A DNA stretch of 64,000 nucleotides from Nanobdellota archaeon (GCA_022561055.1 JADFRY010000004.1:35243-99242), one strand, 5' to 3'. Positions 15,844 to 25,768 are shown, counted from the first letter of the stretch. The notes: generated from the letters alone by a model not told the origin. Translations and numbers: made by a program.

Positions 15844-17853
15844 TTAAAGTTTCTGAATAAAACCTTTTTTTGGTTTGAAGATGTCTCCGGTTTTGGATAG
15901 TTGTTCGATAACTTCCTCTAATTCGTCTTTAGACATTTTATCCCCGATTTCTTTTTTTAGTTCTTCGAGAGGAATTAATTTTCCCAAACGGGATTCTAGT
16001 CTTGATATTGTTTCTTTTACTAAGATTATTTTTTCTCTTTTTGAGCTTGGGATTCCTGTTGTAACTCTATCAATATCGAAAGTTTTTGTTTCTTCATCAT
16101 AGCCAACTTGCATTAAGGAGTATTTTACTAGTTCTATGGCTCTTTTAGCGTCTTCTATTTTTACTTCTTCACTTAGTCGCACTTTGGCGCAAGCTTCTGA
16201 CAAACGAACTATAGCTTCCAGCTGTCTTGCTGTTATGGGTATTGGTTTTATCTCGGCATCTGATCGTACTGATTGGTTTCTTAGAGATATGTAAAAGTTT
16301 TTTATTTCTTTTATTGCTTCATCTGTAAGTTTTGGTTTTATTTTTTTTCTGGCAAAAGAGATGTATCTTCTTAATAATTTTGTGTCTATCACTTCTCTGA
16401 TTGTTTGTTGTTTATGTTCCTCTAAAACATGGGTGGCGATTGCTTCGTCTTGTACTTTATTTGGTAAGTCTCTTATGATGAAGATTACGTCAAACCTGCT
16501 TAATAGAGCAGGAGATATGTCAATTTGTTGAGGTATTGGGGTGAAAGGGTCGAATCTTCCTAGTTTTGGGTTTCCTGCTGCCAGTACAGAAGTTTCCGCT
16601 CTTAAACTTGCCTGTATGGTTGCTTTAGATATTGTAACTGTTTGCTGCTCCATTGCTTCATGCATTGTTGATCTGTCGTGTTCATCCATTTTTTCTATTT
16701 CATCGATGCAGACGATTCCTTTGTTTGATAAGACCATTGCTCCTGCTTCTAAAGACCATCCTCTGAGGAATTCGTCTCTTACTACTGCTGCTGTTAAACC
16801 AGCGCCTGTCGCAGCTTTTCCAGAAACATAGCGGCCCTTTGGAGCTATTGATGATATGAATTTTAGAATTACAGATTTAGCGACCCCAGGGTCTCCAACC
16901 AACAAAACATGTATGTCTCCTCTGGAGTTTACACCATCTGATTTTGTTTTTTTTACACCTGAGAATAATTGTAGAAGAAGAGCTTCTTTGATTTTTTCAA
17001 AACCATAAACGCTTGGGGCTATAGATTTAGCGAGTTTTGTGTATATATCTGGATCTGCAGCTAATTCTAAGATTTGTTTTTCTTCTTCCTCAGATACTTT
17101 CAAGTCTTCAAAAGTTTCTTCTAGTGGAATGGCATTGTTCGCTTCTATCGCTAGGTCAAACATTGTTGAAATTGAACCGCTTTGTAATGGAACAGGAACT
17201 TCTTTTAAAGTTCCTAGGATTTTAACTTTGCTTCCCGGAGTTGTTCTTTCTTCCATGCGAGGGTCTACTAAGTCTTCTTTTAGAAAGATATTTAGTCTTC
17301 TTGGTTGCTCTCCTCCTTCCAGAGAATCAGGTGATTCTTCAATTACGAGTCTTTGGGCATCCACCATTTCTTTGGACAAAAGTTTAAAGAAACCCTTTCT
17401 TCCGCAGGAGCAGCGAGATGGTTCGCGAAATTTTTTATCTATTTGCAAGACTGATAAGATTGCTCCACAGCTTGGGCATTCAAATCTTGCATTAACGACC
17501 TGAGGTCTTACGTCTGAAGCCTGCCTCACAATTCCTTCTACAGCTATAAACTGGTCAAGATGCTTCGCCCTGATTTTTCTGATTTTAACATTTGCTGATT
17601 CTGGTATGTCTGTCAATCTTATCCTTGGATTTTTCACGAGTCCTGATTCTTCTAGGGAGTTTTCTAAGAGGGCTATTGTTTCTTCAGAGGATTCTAACAA
17701 TCTTTCTGAAACCATTGGTGAGAATTCAGCGAGTCTGGAAAAGCTTAGATGGACGACATTTTCTCCTTCTCTGATAGACTGGCCTATTTCTTTTTTATAC
17801 GTTTCAAAGAATTTTTTGGCTTCTAATTCTAAGTCCTGCTTTTTTAACTCCAT
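15844..17853 (-). CDS. mcm: replicative helicase MCM
   Basis: Zn finger CPSCG...CSCG, Walker A LLVGDPGVAKS, Walker B GIVCIDEIEKMD, arginine finger SRFD, C-terminal wH. Confidence 0.95.
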   Translation of the reverse strand: MELKKQDLELEAKKFFETYKKEIGQSIREGENVVHLSFSRLAEFSPMVSERLLESSEETIALLENSLEESGLVKNPRIRLTDIPESANVKIRKIRAKHLDQFIAVEGIVRQASDVRPQVVNARFECPSCGAILSVLQIDKKFREPSRCSCGRKGFFKLLSKEMVDAQRLVIEESPDSLEGGEQPRRLNIFLKEDLVDPRMEERTTPGSKVKILGTLKEVPVPLQSGSISTMFDLAIEANNAIPLEETFEDLKVSEEEEKQILELAADPDIYTKLAKSIAPSVYGFEKIKEALLLQLFSGVKKTKSDGVNSRGDIHVLLVGDPGVAKSVILKFISSIAPKGRYVSGKAATGAGLTAAVVRDEFLRGWSLEAGAMVLSNKGIVCIDEIEKMDEHDRSTMHEAMEQQTVTISKATIQASLRAETSVLAAGNPKLGRFDPFTPIPQQIDISPALLSRFDVIFIIRDLPNKVQDEAIATHVLEEHKQQTIREVIDTKLLRRYISFARKKIKPKLTDEAIKEIKNFYISLRNQSVRSDAEIKPIPITARQLEAIVRLSEACAKVRLSEEVKIEDAKRAIELVKYSLMQVGYDEETKTFDIDRVTTGIPSSKREKIILVKETISRLESRLGKLIPLEELKKEIGDKMSKDELEEVIEQLSKTGDIFKPKKGFIQKL

Positions 17854-18043
17854 AGAAAAGGAGATATTTAGGCATTTATATTATTTATTGTTGTAGAAGG
17901 GTGATTTTATGGATCGGGCTTTTCTATTTTGGCTAGATAATTATATAAAATCTTTTTATTTATTTATTGTATGAAATGGAAGCGTTGGTATTTGCTTAAT
18001 AATTACGCTAGTTATTGTTGGAGTCATTGGCTGGGCGTTAGTA

Positions 18044-18343
18044 TTGTTTTCTAGTATCACAGGAAAGGTTGCTCTTCAATTTGTGCAAATACCTCCTGCA
18101 GACCCCTTTATAATACCCCGACTTGAGCCTTTTCCAGATGAGCCAGGGCTTAGTCCTCCGGAAGAGATAAGTGAATGTGAGGGGGCGAAATTAATAAGAG
18201 GATTTATATGTTCTGTTTATGAAGAGAGATATCCTAACGGGTGCAATTTTTGGTCTGGACGTTGTAGAGGAATTAGAGATATTTGTGAGCTAGCACAAGA
18301 AGGAGTTGAGGAAAACTGTTCTCTTTCTGGCTCAGAAGGGTAG
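18044..18343 (+). CDS. small Cys-rich, probably secreted protein (start unresolved)
   Basis: ORF has only a TTG start. An in-frame hydrophobic segment lies upstream without a start codon (see findings). Confidence 0.35.
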   Translation: MFSSITGKVALQFVQIPPADPFIIPRLEPFPDEPGLSPPEEISECEGAKLIRGFICSVYEERYPNGCNFWSGRCRGIRDICELAQEGVEENCSLSGSEG

Positions 18344-18587
18344 TTATTCTATTTTAATTAAATGCTGATGGGGTAAATTAAGTATAGCAACCTCACAGTC
18401 CACTGCCCGACTAACTCGACCACTCAGTTCTCATCATTAAATAACAATACTAAACTGGATAGTTTCACCCACCACGAAGTATCAGGTAATATGAGTCATG
18501 AAGGTGGAGGGGATTTGGTTGGAGATGATAATAGTGGTGTTGAGTCATAATTGAGCTTTGTATATTTTACTGTTTCTAAATAAAAAT

Positions 18588-19691
18588 TTATTCCAATGCA
18601 AATCTAAGTATTACACCCACACCCTTTGTGATGTTGTAAAATTGTTCTCCTTCTTCGGTTTCTGTTGATATTATGACAATTTTAGAACCGATGTTTTCTG
18701 CTTTTTTTTCTAGTTCTTCTGTTTTTTTTGGTTGCTCCTTTGCAAAGACTTTGGATATTAATAAGATTTCTACTGCGCCCCTTTCTAAGGCCGTTTCTAC
18801 TTTATCTTTTTTATAAGCTGCTTTGTCAGGTTCTTTGCCGAGGATATTGAAAAATCTTTCGAGTATTTTTTTCTCTTTTATTATTTCTTGTTCTGCTAGA
18901 TTTTCTTGCGAGGATTCTACTAAGAGGTCTAGACCATGTTCGTCAGCATATCCTATATCTTTGACTGCGATGACTTTTTCTTTTAGTTTTGTGACTAGAT
19001 GGCCTTCTTCTAAGAATTCTTCTTTTGTTGGTATTGGCCCTCCGATGAGGAGACCTTTTAATCGTGGCATGTCAAAGAATATTTCTTTCATTGCTTCTGC
19101 CACTCTTCTGAAAAATTCTTTCGCTAATCCCTCGGTAATTCTATAAAATCTTTGTGCCGATTGGCCCCCTGCCTTTATTTTTCCTGGGACACCAGAAGTT
19201 AATTTTCTGAGTACTTTAATTTGTTTTCCTTCTAATAAACCTATTGTAGCTTCTTTTCTGTCTATTGCTAGCAAGCCGTAAATTTCCTTGGTCTGGAGTA
19301 TTTCTTTTAAGGGCTCTAAAACAAAACTTTGGTCACAACGGTACATTCGGACATTTAAAGGACTTGGCGGTTCTATTGTCCAGAGTTCTATGTCTTGAGT
19401 GCCTTCTTTTTGAGAGACGTTTCCTGCAAATAGTGCTAAGCCATTTTTTGGAGTCTTTTTATAATTTTTTAATTCCCTGATTATTCTTTCTAAGGAATCA
19501 ATGACAGCGGTTCGTGTTTGTTTTGATTTAATATTAGCTGCAGTTGATTTTTCTGATTCTAGTTGTTTTGTTACAGTATTGATATTGAAACCTACTGGTA
19601 TCATAACCGTGACTAGCTCGGTATGTCTGCCTTTAATGGCTTCTAGTTCTTCAATCGTTACTTCAAGTTTTAATTTTTCTTTTTCGTCCAT
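18588..19691 (-). CDS. prf1: peptide chain release factor aRF1
   Basis: NIKS motif (AANIKSKQTR) and GGQ motif (KAGGQSAQRF). ATG at 19691 is preceded by GGAGGT. Confidence 0.9.
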   Translation of the reverse strand: MDEKEKLKLEVTIEELEAIKGRHTELVTVMIPVGFNINTVTKQLESEKSTAANIKSKQTRTAVIDSLERIIRELKNYKKTPKNGLALFAGNVSQKEGTQDIELWTIEPPSPLNVRMYRCDQSFVLEPLKEILQTKEIYGLLAIDRKEATIGLLEGKQIKVLRKLTSGVPGKIKAGGQSAQRFYRITEGLAKEFFRRVAEAMKEIFFDMPRLKGLLIGGPIPTKEEFLEEGHLVTKLKEKVIAVKDIGYADEHGLDLLVESSQENLAEQEIIKEKKILERFFNILGKEPDKAAYKKDKVETALERGAVEILLISKVFAKEQPKKTEELEKKAENIGSKIVIISTETEEGEQFYNITKGVGVILRFALE

Positions 19692-19830
19692 TCTACAAAC
19701 CTCCAACTGGTTTCTAGGAGTCCAGGTACATGAAAGTTCTAGGAGTTCTATAACCTTTTTAGAAAAGAGAGAAGGTATTAATAAAGGTTGAGGAGAAAGG
19801 TTTTTTATATTCTTTTTTTATTCTTTATAT

Positions 19831-20160
19831 ATGTTGAATTTTAAACAGGCTCTTTCTAATCAGGAAGGCATATTTAGATTGAAGTCATTGTTTATGGAGA
19901 TTACAATGCCAGAGTGGTGGATTGATAGTAGCTTATCTGATTTTATTGAGAATAGAGGTTTAGTAAATCCTACATTAAGTATACTTCCTATGACGGCTGT
20001 GCGCTTTAATGGTTGTGCTGTGATTAATATTAAAGAGTCTGTTAATTATGAGGGAATTGGGCCTTCTGTTGGGAATATTACTAGTTTAGATGGATCATCA
20101 TTAGATGTTAGCTTACATGCTTTAGATAATAAGCAGAGAAAGTCTTTAGAAGATTGTTGA
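19831..20160 (+). CDS. hypothetical protein
   Basis: 109-aa ORF. The frame stays open for 46 codons beyond its TGA (see findings). Confidence 0.4.
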   Translation: MLNFKQALSNQEGIFRLKSLFMEITMPEWWIDSSLSDFIENRGLVNPTLSILPMTAVRFNGCAVINIKESVNYEGIGPSVGNITSLDGSSLDVSLHALDNKQRKSLEDC

Positions 20161-20306
20161 CGATTGTATGATATTAATTTATTGTATTATCCTGGAAGGA
20201 GGAATTTTTGTGGTTTGATAACTTTTGAGACTCATGGTCCTTCTGCTTCAGATAGAGAAGAATCCGATGTTAGATTAGAAAGAAGGTTAGCATATGGCTA
20301 GATATT

Positions 20307-22673
20307 CTAGTTAAGACCATGACAAGCCCTTAAATCTTTTTCAAAATCTTTAAGGTATTTTGGAATTTTAATGTTTTTGATTTCTGCCCTGAGGGAAATG
20401 CCCTGGTCTTTTTTCTTTTTCCATATTTCTTTGTTGAATTGTATTATTCTATTAACAAGAGGAGAAATATTTGTCTTTGTCTTTTTTATTTTTGGATATT
20501 CATTGAATTTTATTTTTAATTCTTTTCCTATGACTGTTGTTAGTTGTGGGATTATTGGATACATTAAAGTTAGAAAGCGTTCAAGAAGGTAATGAAGAGT
20601 GTAATGGGCTGATAAGCTTTCAGTTTTTGTGAATTTGTTTTCTTTGTTATATGCGCGATTTTTTGTTAATTCTATGTAATGTGAGGCGAAGGTTTCCCAT
20701 AAGAAATGTCTTAGTTTTAATGCTGGATAATGGAAATCATATTGATCGTAATGTTCATCTGTAAACTTTGTTAGTTCTTCTATGTAATCTATGAATAGTT
20801 TATCTGTTTTTGTTAAATGTTTTGGAATTGGTTTTGGTTTTTTAAACTGCGTGACAAATTTCGCAACATTTAGGATTTTGTTTATTGTTTTTAATTCCGC
20901 TTTTATTCTTTCTCTTGAGAATGAGAGGTCTTGTTTTGTAATGTCTCCTTCAATTATTGACCATAAACGTAAGACTTCTGCGCCTTCATTTTTTAAAATG
21001 TCTTGTGGGTCTATTATATTATTGAGAGATTTAGACATTTTTCTTCCTTTTGCGTCGAGGATGTGTTGATGAATCCAGACATCTTTGAATGCTGGTTTTT
21101 TTGTTTCGAAATATCCTCTTAGAAGTGTGTAATAAAGCCAGGTTCTAACGATTTCTTTTCCTTGCGCTCTTAGTGAAACAGGGTATGCTTTTTTTGAAAA
21201 TGTTGAAGGATATTTTATTATGTTTAATTCTGAAATTGAAGAGTCAAACCAAGTGTCAAATACTCTTGTTTCTCCTTGCCATTTTTTGTCTGGAAAGTCT
21301 TTTACTTTGCCAATAAGACTGCCATTTTCAAAAACTTCTGCATTTTGTGGGACTGACTCTTTCCATGGTTCATAATATTTTCCTTTTTCTGGTAATGCGA
21401 TGAGAGCGCCAGAGCGCCAGAGCGGTATTGGTGTCGCATAGAATCTTCTTCTCGAGATTGGCCAGTCAATCGATATAGAGTCAAGCCATGACTCAAGAAT
21501 TTTTTTGGATTCTAGAGGATAGAAATTAATTTTATTTGCTATTTTTTGTACTTCTTTTTTGAAATCTAATTGTTTAAGGTAAAACTCAGACATTTCGATA
21601 AATTCAATTTCTGCGCCAGAGCGTTCAGAGAGCGGAGTGCGGTGCATTATTTGTTCTTGTTTGACTAAAAGATTTTCTTTTTTTAGCTCTCCAATAATTT
21701 TTTTTCTTGCTTCTTTTATTTTTAAGCCTTGTAAAAGGCCAGCATGTTCGTTCATTGTTCCGTCTTTATTGATAGCTATTGTTGGTTTGAGATTCATTTC
21801 TCTAAAGAATTGGATATCTGACAAATCTCCGGCAGAACACATCATTGCTAAACCTGTACCTTTTTCAATTTCTGCTAAAGGATGTTCTCTTATTGGAACT
21901 TCTTTTCCAAAGATTGGAGTTATTGCAGTTTTTCCATTTAAACTTTGATATCTTTTGTCTTTTTGATTGTATATGATCATACCGCATGTGCAAATTAACT
22001 CTGGCCTCGTTGTTCCTATTATGATTTCTTTTCCAGTTTCTTTAACTTTGAACTTTATGTAATTAAATATTGAAGATATTTCTTTGTATTCAATTTCAGA
22101 GTCCGCAATTGTTGTTTGTAGTTTTGGGTCATAATTGTTTATTCTTGTGTCTTCGTAAATTAGTTCTTTTCTAAATAAATCTATGAATGTATTTTGCGTA
22201 AGTGTTCTGTATTCTGGAGAGTCTGTTAAATAAATTTCTCCTATTTTATCTCCTTCATTGTAAGAGTTGAAAGAGATTCCTAGTCTTGAAAATGTATCTA
22301 TTGATTCTGATGTTGTTTCTTCAAGAAGTTTTTTACAATATTCTATGAATTTATCTCTTCCTAGTTTGAATGGTGAAATCTTAAATTTTTTCTCGGTGGC
22401 TATTTCGATTGGAATTCCGTTTCTATCGATACCTAATGGGAAAAGTACTTCAAATCCTTTCATTCTTTTGTAGCGAGCGAAGAAATCCATGTATGAATAA
22501 GTTATTGCATGCCCTATATGTATAGTAGTATTAACATATGGCGGAGGAGTATCTATAGAATAAATTGGTTTTTTTGTATTCGAATTGAATTTAAACTGTT
22601 CTGAGTTAGTCCAATGTTGAGTTATTTTTTTCTCTATTTCTGGAGACCAGTTTTTGATTTCTTTTAATTTCAT
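20307..22673 (-). CDS. valS: valine--tRNA ligase (class I aaRS)
   Basis: HIGH region PPPYVNTTIHIGHA, KMSKS (RKMSKSLNN), DTWFDSS. The 788-aa size fits archaeal ValRS. Confidence 0.8.
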   Translation of the reverse strand: MKLKEIKNWSPEIEKKITQHWTNSEQFKFNSNTKKPIYSIDTPPPYVNTTIHIGHAITYSYMDFFARYKRMKGFEVLFPLGIDRNGIPIEIATEKKFKISPFKLGRDKFIEYCKKLLEETTSESIDTFSRLGISFNSYNEGDKIGEIYLTDSPEYRTLTQNTFIDLFRKELIYEDTRINNYDPKLQTTIADSEIEYKEISSIFNYIKFKVKETGKEIIIGTTRPELICTCGMIIYNQKDKRYQSLNGKTAITPIFGKEVPIREHPLAEIEKGTGLAMMCSAGDLSDIQFFREMNLKPTIAINKDGTMNEHAGLLQGLKIKEARKKIIGELKKENLLVKQEQIMHRTPLSERSGAEIEFIEMSEFYLKQLDFKKEVQKIANKINFYPLESKKILESWLDSISIDWPISRRRFYATPIPLWRSGALIALPEKGKYYEPWKESVPQNAEVFENGSLIGKVKDFPDKKWQGETRVFDTWFDSSISELNIIKYPSTFSKKAYPVSLRAQGKEIVRTWLYYTLLRGYFETKKPAFKDVWIHQHILDAKGRKMSKSLNNIIDPQDILKNEGAEVLRLWSIIEGDITKQDLSFSRERIKAELKTINKILNVAKFVTQFKKPKPIPKHLTKTDKLFIDYIEELTKFTDEHYDQYDFHYPALKLRHFLWETFASHYIELTKNRAYNKENKFTKTESLSAHYTLHYLLERFLTLMYPIIPQLTTVIGKELKIKFNEYPKIKKTKTNISPLVNRIIQFNKEIWKKKKDQGISLRAEIKNIKIPKYLKDFEKDLRACHGLN

Positions 22674-22722
22674 TAAATAATTAAGGAGAAAGGTATTTTA
22701 AGGGTTTTGGAGATTATATTTC

Positions 22723-23337
22723 ATGAACAAAAAACAATACTTCTTAAAAATCTTTAAAAAAGTGCAGAAGAAATATGGAGATGAGGATAAAAGGCTTGCT
22801 GCTGAAGGTTGGGGTCCTCCATGGAGAACTTTGGTTGTTACAATAATGTCTGCGCAATCCCGTGATGAGACTACTATTTCAATCGCTGAGAAATTATTTA
22901 AAAAATATCCGAAATTGGAAAACTTAGCAAAGGCTAAGTTTTCAGATGTATTGAAGATATTGAAAAGTATGAATTATAATAGGACTAAGAGTAGGAATGT
23001 TATAGAGGCTGCTAAAATGTTAGTTAATGAGTTTAAAGGAAAAGTGCCAAGGAATATTGATGAGCTTGTTAAGATTCCTGGTGTTGGTCGCAAAACCGCC
23101 AATTTAGTTTTATCTGAAGTTTATGGCGAGGACACAATAACTATAGACACCCATTGTCACCGGATACCTAATGCTATAGGATTGGTTAAAACTAAAACTC
23201 CTATGGAAACAGAGCTGGCTTTACAAAAAATAGTACCTAAAAAGTATTGGAATCGTATTAATCGTTTGTTTGTTCTTTGGGGTAAAGATTGTCTCGGGCA
23301 TGACAAGAAAAAATTATTGGCTAAGCTTGATGAGTGA
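22723..23337 (+). CDS. nth: endonuclease III-like HhH-GPD DNA glycosylase (no Fe-S cluster motif seen)
   Basis: HhH IPGVGRKTANLVL with catalytic Lys, DTHCHRI Asp. No C-terminal Cx6Cx2Cx5C. Confidence 0.8.
   Translation: MNKKQYFLKIFKKVQKKYGDEDKRLAAEGWGPPWRTLVVTIMSAQSRDETTISIAEKLFKKYPKLENLAKAKFSDVLKILKSMNYNRTKSRNVIEAAKMLVNEFKGKVPRNIDELVKIPGVGRKTANLVLSEVYGEDTITIDTHCHRIPNAIGLVKTKTPMETELALQKIVPKKYWNRINRLFVLWGKDCLGHDKKKLLAKLDE
23296..23337. repeat. proximal copy of the duplicated nth 3' end
   Basis: Encodes GHDKKKLLAKLDE*. Compare 24395..24448, which encodes GRDKERLLKKLEEGKDV*. Confidence 0.65.
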
Positions 23338-24316
23338 TTATTAAATCTAGTTTACTTTCTTTTTTAGGTGAGGTGAATCCTATTTTCTTTCTAAATAGTT
23401 TCAAGTTTTCTTCTTTACTAATATTAAAATAATATCTCTTTTTATCTCCCTTTATATAACATTTGATTTCTCTAGGAATTATATTAAATTCTTTTAGTAA
23501 TGTTCTAAAATCTTCTAGTATATCAACTCTGTCTTGAAATATTCTGATATATCTGCTTTTAATATCAACTGTGGCTTCATCATCAAAGAACGCCCTGATT
23601 AATCCTTTTTTGAATTCACTATTAGCAGCCAGTATTTTTTTAGTTATTCTTTTATTTTTCCCTACTGCAAAATTATCAAAAATAGAGTTAAGGAGTAGCC
23701 CACAAATAGATGGATAAAAAAGCCCGCAATTTCTTCCATATTCTAATTCATCTATATTATTTAATCTTTTATCCCATTTAGTGTTTCCGAAATCTGGAGA
23801 TTTCTGCATCCAGATTCTTGGCTTTATGCTAAATATTTCTCTCATATGGTCCTTGAATTCATGTAGCAGAAATTTATCAGAATTTGAAAAGGATATTTGC
23901 TGATATTTTTTATCTATAGCGCCATCACCTAATATATGCCCCACTATTGTTCCAAGGTTCTTGTTTATTTTTATGGGAAAATTAGGTTTAATTTCTCCTT
24001 TCTTTTGCCCTGCTTTAATAGAAAAAATATTTGATTCTACTTCTTTCCAACTAACCCTAGAAAGCTTTATGATTTTAGCTAATTTGTTTAGTGGTATTGT
24101 TTTTTCATATGTGGTCCATCCATATATTGTTTTACAATGGTCTCTATTTTTTGTAAACTTCATTCCTAATTGAATAATTAATTTTTTATTATAGTGCGGT
24201 TTATCATCTTTGGCAGCCTTTACAAGAAGTTCTTTTAAAAATAGCTTATCCATTTTTGTGTGAAAATACCCAAAATCATTCACAAAGTCTTCCAATCCAA
24301 ACCTCTCTTTTTTCAT
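23321..24316 (-). CDS. LAGLIDADG-family homing endonuclease (double-motif)
   Basis: Two LAGLIDADG-type motifs, LGTIVGHILGDGAI and GLIRAFFDDEATV. ATG at 24316 (24331 is TTG). Confidence 0.8.
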   Translation of the reverse strand: MKKERFGLEDFVNDFGYFHTKMDKLFLKELLVKAAKDDKPHYNKKLIIQLGMKFTKNRDHCKTIYGWTTYEKTIPLNKLAKIIKLSRVSWKEVESNIFSIKAGQKKGEIKPNFPIKINKNLGTIVGHILGDGAIDKKYQQISFSNSDKFLLHEFKDHMREIFSIKPRIWMQKSPDFGNTKWDKRLNNIDELEYGRNCGLFYPSICGLLLNSIFDNFAVGKNKRITKKILAANSEFKKGLIRAFFDDEATVDIKSRYIRIFQDRVDILEDFRTLLKEFNIIPREIKCYIKGDKKRYYFNISKEENLKLFRKKIGFTSPKKESKLDLIITHQA

Positions 24317-24394
24317 TATTAACGAAGGCAACCAATATATTTATACTTTTCTATAACTCATGTTCATAGATTTTTTAAAAGAAAGGAAGTTCCT
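23338..24394 (-). mobile_element. free-standing LAGLIDADG homing-endonuclease cassette
   Basis: Segment bounded by the two copies of the nth terminus. It contains a single LAGLIDADG ORF on the opposite strand. Confidence 0.6.
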
Positions 24395-24448
24395 GGAAGA
24401 GATAAAGAAAGGTTACTAAAAAAGCTTGAGGAAGGGAAGGACGTCTAA
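24395..24448. repeat. distal, start-less copy of the nth 3' end
   Basis: This frame is open from 24323 but has no start codon. It ends ...GRDKERLLKKLEEGKDV*. Confidence 0.65.
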
Positions 24449-24449
24449 T

Positions 24450-25088
24450 TTATAGTATTTTATTTTTAATTAAATAATCTTTTATTATTTCAAACATTAT
24501 TTTATGTCCTTCTGAATTTGGATGAACTCCGTCATCAAGAGTTTTTATAAAATCCTTGTTATTTAATTTGTTAAATACATCAATGAATGAGACTTTTTTT
24601 TTACTGCATACATCTTTTATTGTTTCATTATACTTTTTTAAATCTTTATTCTTATAGCTTATATTTTCATCCCAAGAGACAGGATTTGTTTTAGATTCTT
24701 CATGTGGAACAGTTCCGACAAAAATAACTTTCTTTGTAAATTTATCGGCTTTTTCGATTAATTTTTCAATATTCTTCTTGAAAATATTGATTGAAGTTCT
24801 GTTCTTACCTTTATCAATTTCTATTAAAGCGTCATTAGCACCTGTGGAGAAGATAATTATGGTTTCCTCACCAGGCCATAATCTTCTTCTAGTTTCATCT
24901 TCAAAATGTTCTAATAACTTAGTTGAATCTCCCCCATCAATTCCTAAATTATATACCATGTAATAATATTCTTCGGTGTTCTTAATTTGTTTTTCGTCTA
25001 GTAGTTTTCTTAGCCTTTGTACCCACCCACCCTCAAGATCCCATGCTCCGTAAGTAATGCTGTCTCCAAAAAATAACATTATAACCAT
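24450..25088 (-). CDS. SGNH/GDSL hydrolase
   Basis: Blocks FGDSITYG, GANDA, DGVHPN. Confidence 0.85.
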   Translation of the reverse strand: MVIMLFFGDSITYGAWDLEGGWVQRLRKLLDEKQIKNTEEYYYMVYNLGIDGGDSTKLLEHFEDETRRRLWPGEETIIIFSTGANDALIEIDKGKNRTSINIFKKNIEKLIEKADKFTKKVIFVGTVPHEESKTNPVSWDENISYKNKDLKKYNETIKDVCSKKKVSFIDVFNKLNNKDFIKTLDDGVHPNSEGHKIMFEIIKDYLIKNKIL

Positions 25089-25161
25089 TATATTACATGT
25101 AGATTGATATTTATAAACTTTGTAATAATGTTTATATAGTTTAAGTTAAGATGCTAAATTG

Positions 25162-25734
25162 ATGAAGCGGGTATTCTTAATTCATAAATGGGAAGGAAAA
25201 CCAGATAGCCATTGGTTTCCTTGGTTAAGGGAAAAGCTTGAAGCAGAGGGTTTTGAGGTTCATGTTCTTGAAATGCCGGATACTAAAAATCCAAAGATAG
25301 AACCTTGGGTTGGCAAATTACAAGAAGAAGTTGGAGAAGTCGATGAGGAGACTTATTTTATTGGACATAGTATTGGAGGCCAGGCAATCTTAAGATATTT
25401 AGAAAGACAAGATGGTAAATGCGGTGGAGTCGTATTGGTTGCTCCTTGGATGCATTTAGATGAGCAGACAATCAAGGAAGAAGGTGAGGAATTTGCCGAA
25501 ATTGCGAGGCCTTGGATAGAGACACCGATTAATTTTTCTAAGGTTAAAGAAAATTCAGATAGGTTTGTCTGTTTATTTTCTGACAATGATCCTTATGTTC
25601 CTTTGAGCGATAGGGATATATTTAGGGAGCTCTTGGGTTCAAGGATTTTAACCTTGCATGAGAGAGCACATTTTGATGAAGAGAAGGACTTTCCTGAGTT
25701 GTTGGAAGAGTTTTTGAAGTTAGCGAGAGAGTAA
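25162..25734 (+). CDS. alpha/beta serine hydrolase (YdeN/RBBP9-like)
   Basis: Nucleophile elbow GHSIGG, ~190-aa size, C-terminal H in ERAHF. Confidence 0.7.
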   Translation: MKRVFLIHKWEGKPDSHWFPWLREKLEAEGFEVHVLEMPDTKNPKIEPWVGKLQEEVGEVDEETYFIGHSIGGQAILRYLERQDGKCGGVVLVAPWMHLDEQTIKEEGEEFAEIARPWIETPINFSKVKENSDRFVCLFSDNDPYVPLSDRDIFRELLGSRILTLHERAHFDEEKDFPELLEEFLKLARE

Positions 25735-25768
25735 TAAGGTTTTTATACTTTTAATTTCTAGTTTAGTT

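Noticed and set aside
15875-17896. Several + strand ORFs (up to 154 aa) antisense to mcm
   Set aside because: They are Ser/Leu-rich shadow frames of a well-supported 669-aa MCM gene.
20158-20160. TGA recoding (selenocysteine or an alternative genetic code) to explain the open frame after 19831..20160
   Set aside because: TGA terminates many well-delimited genes here (nth, Sec61beta, MFS, KAS). No Sec machinery or SECIS-like element is evident.
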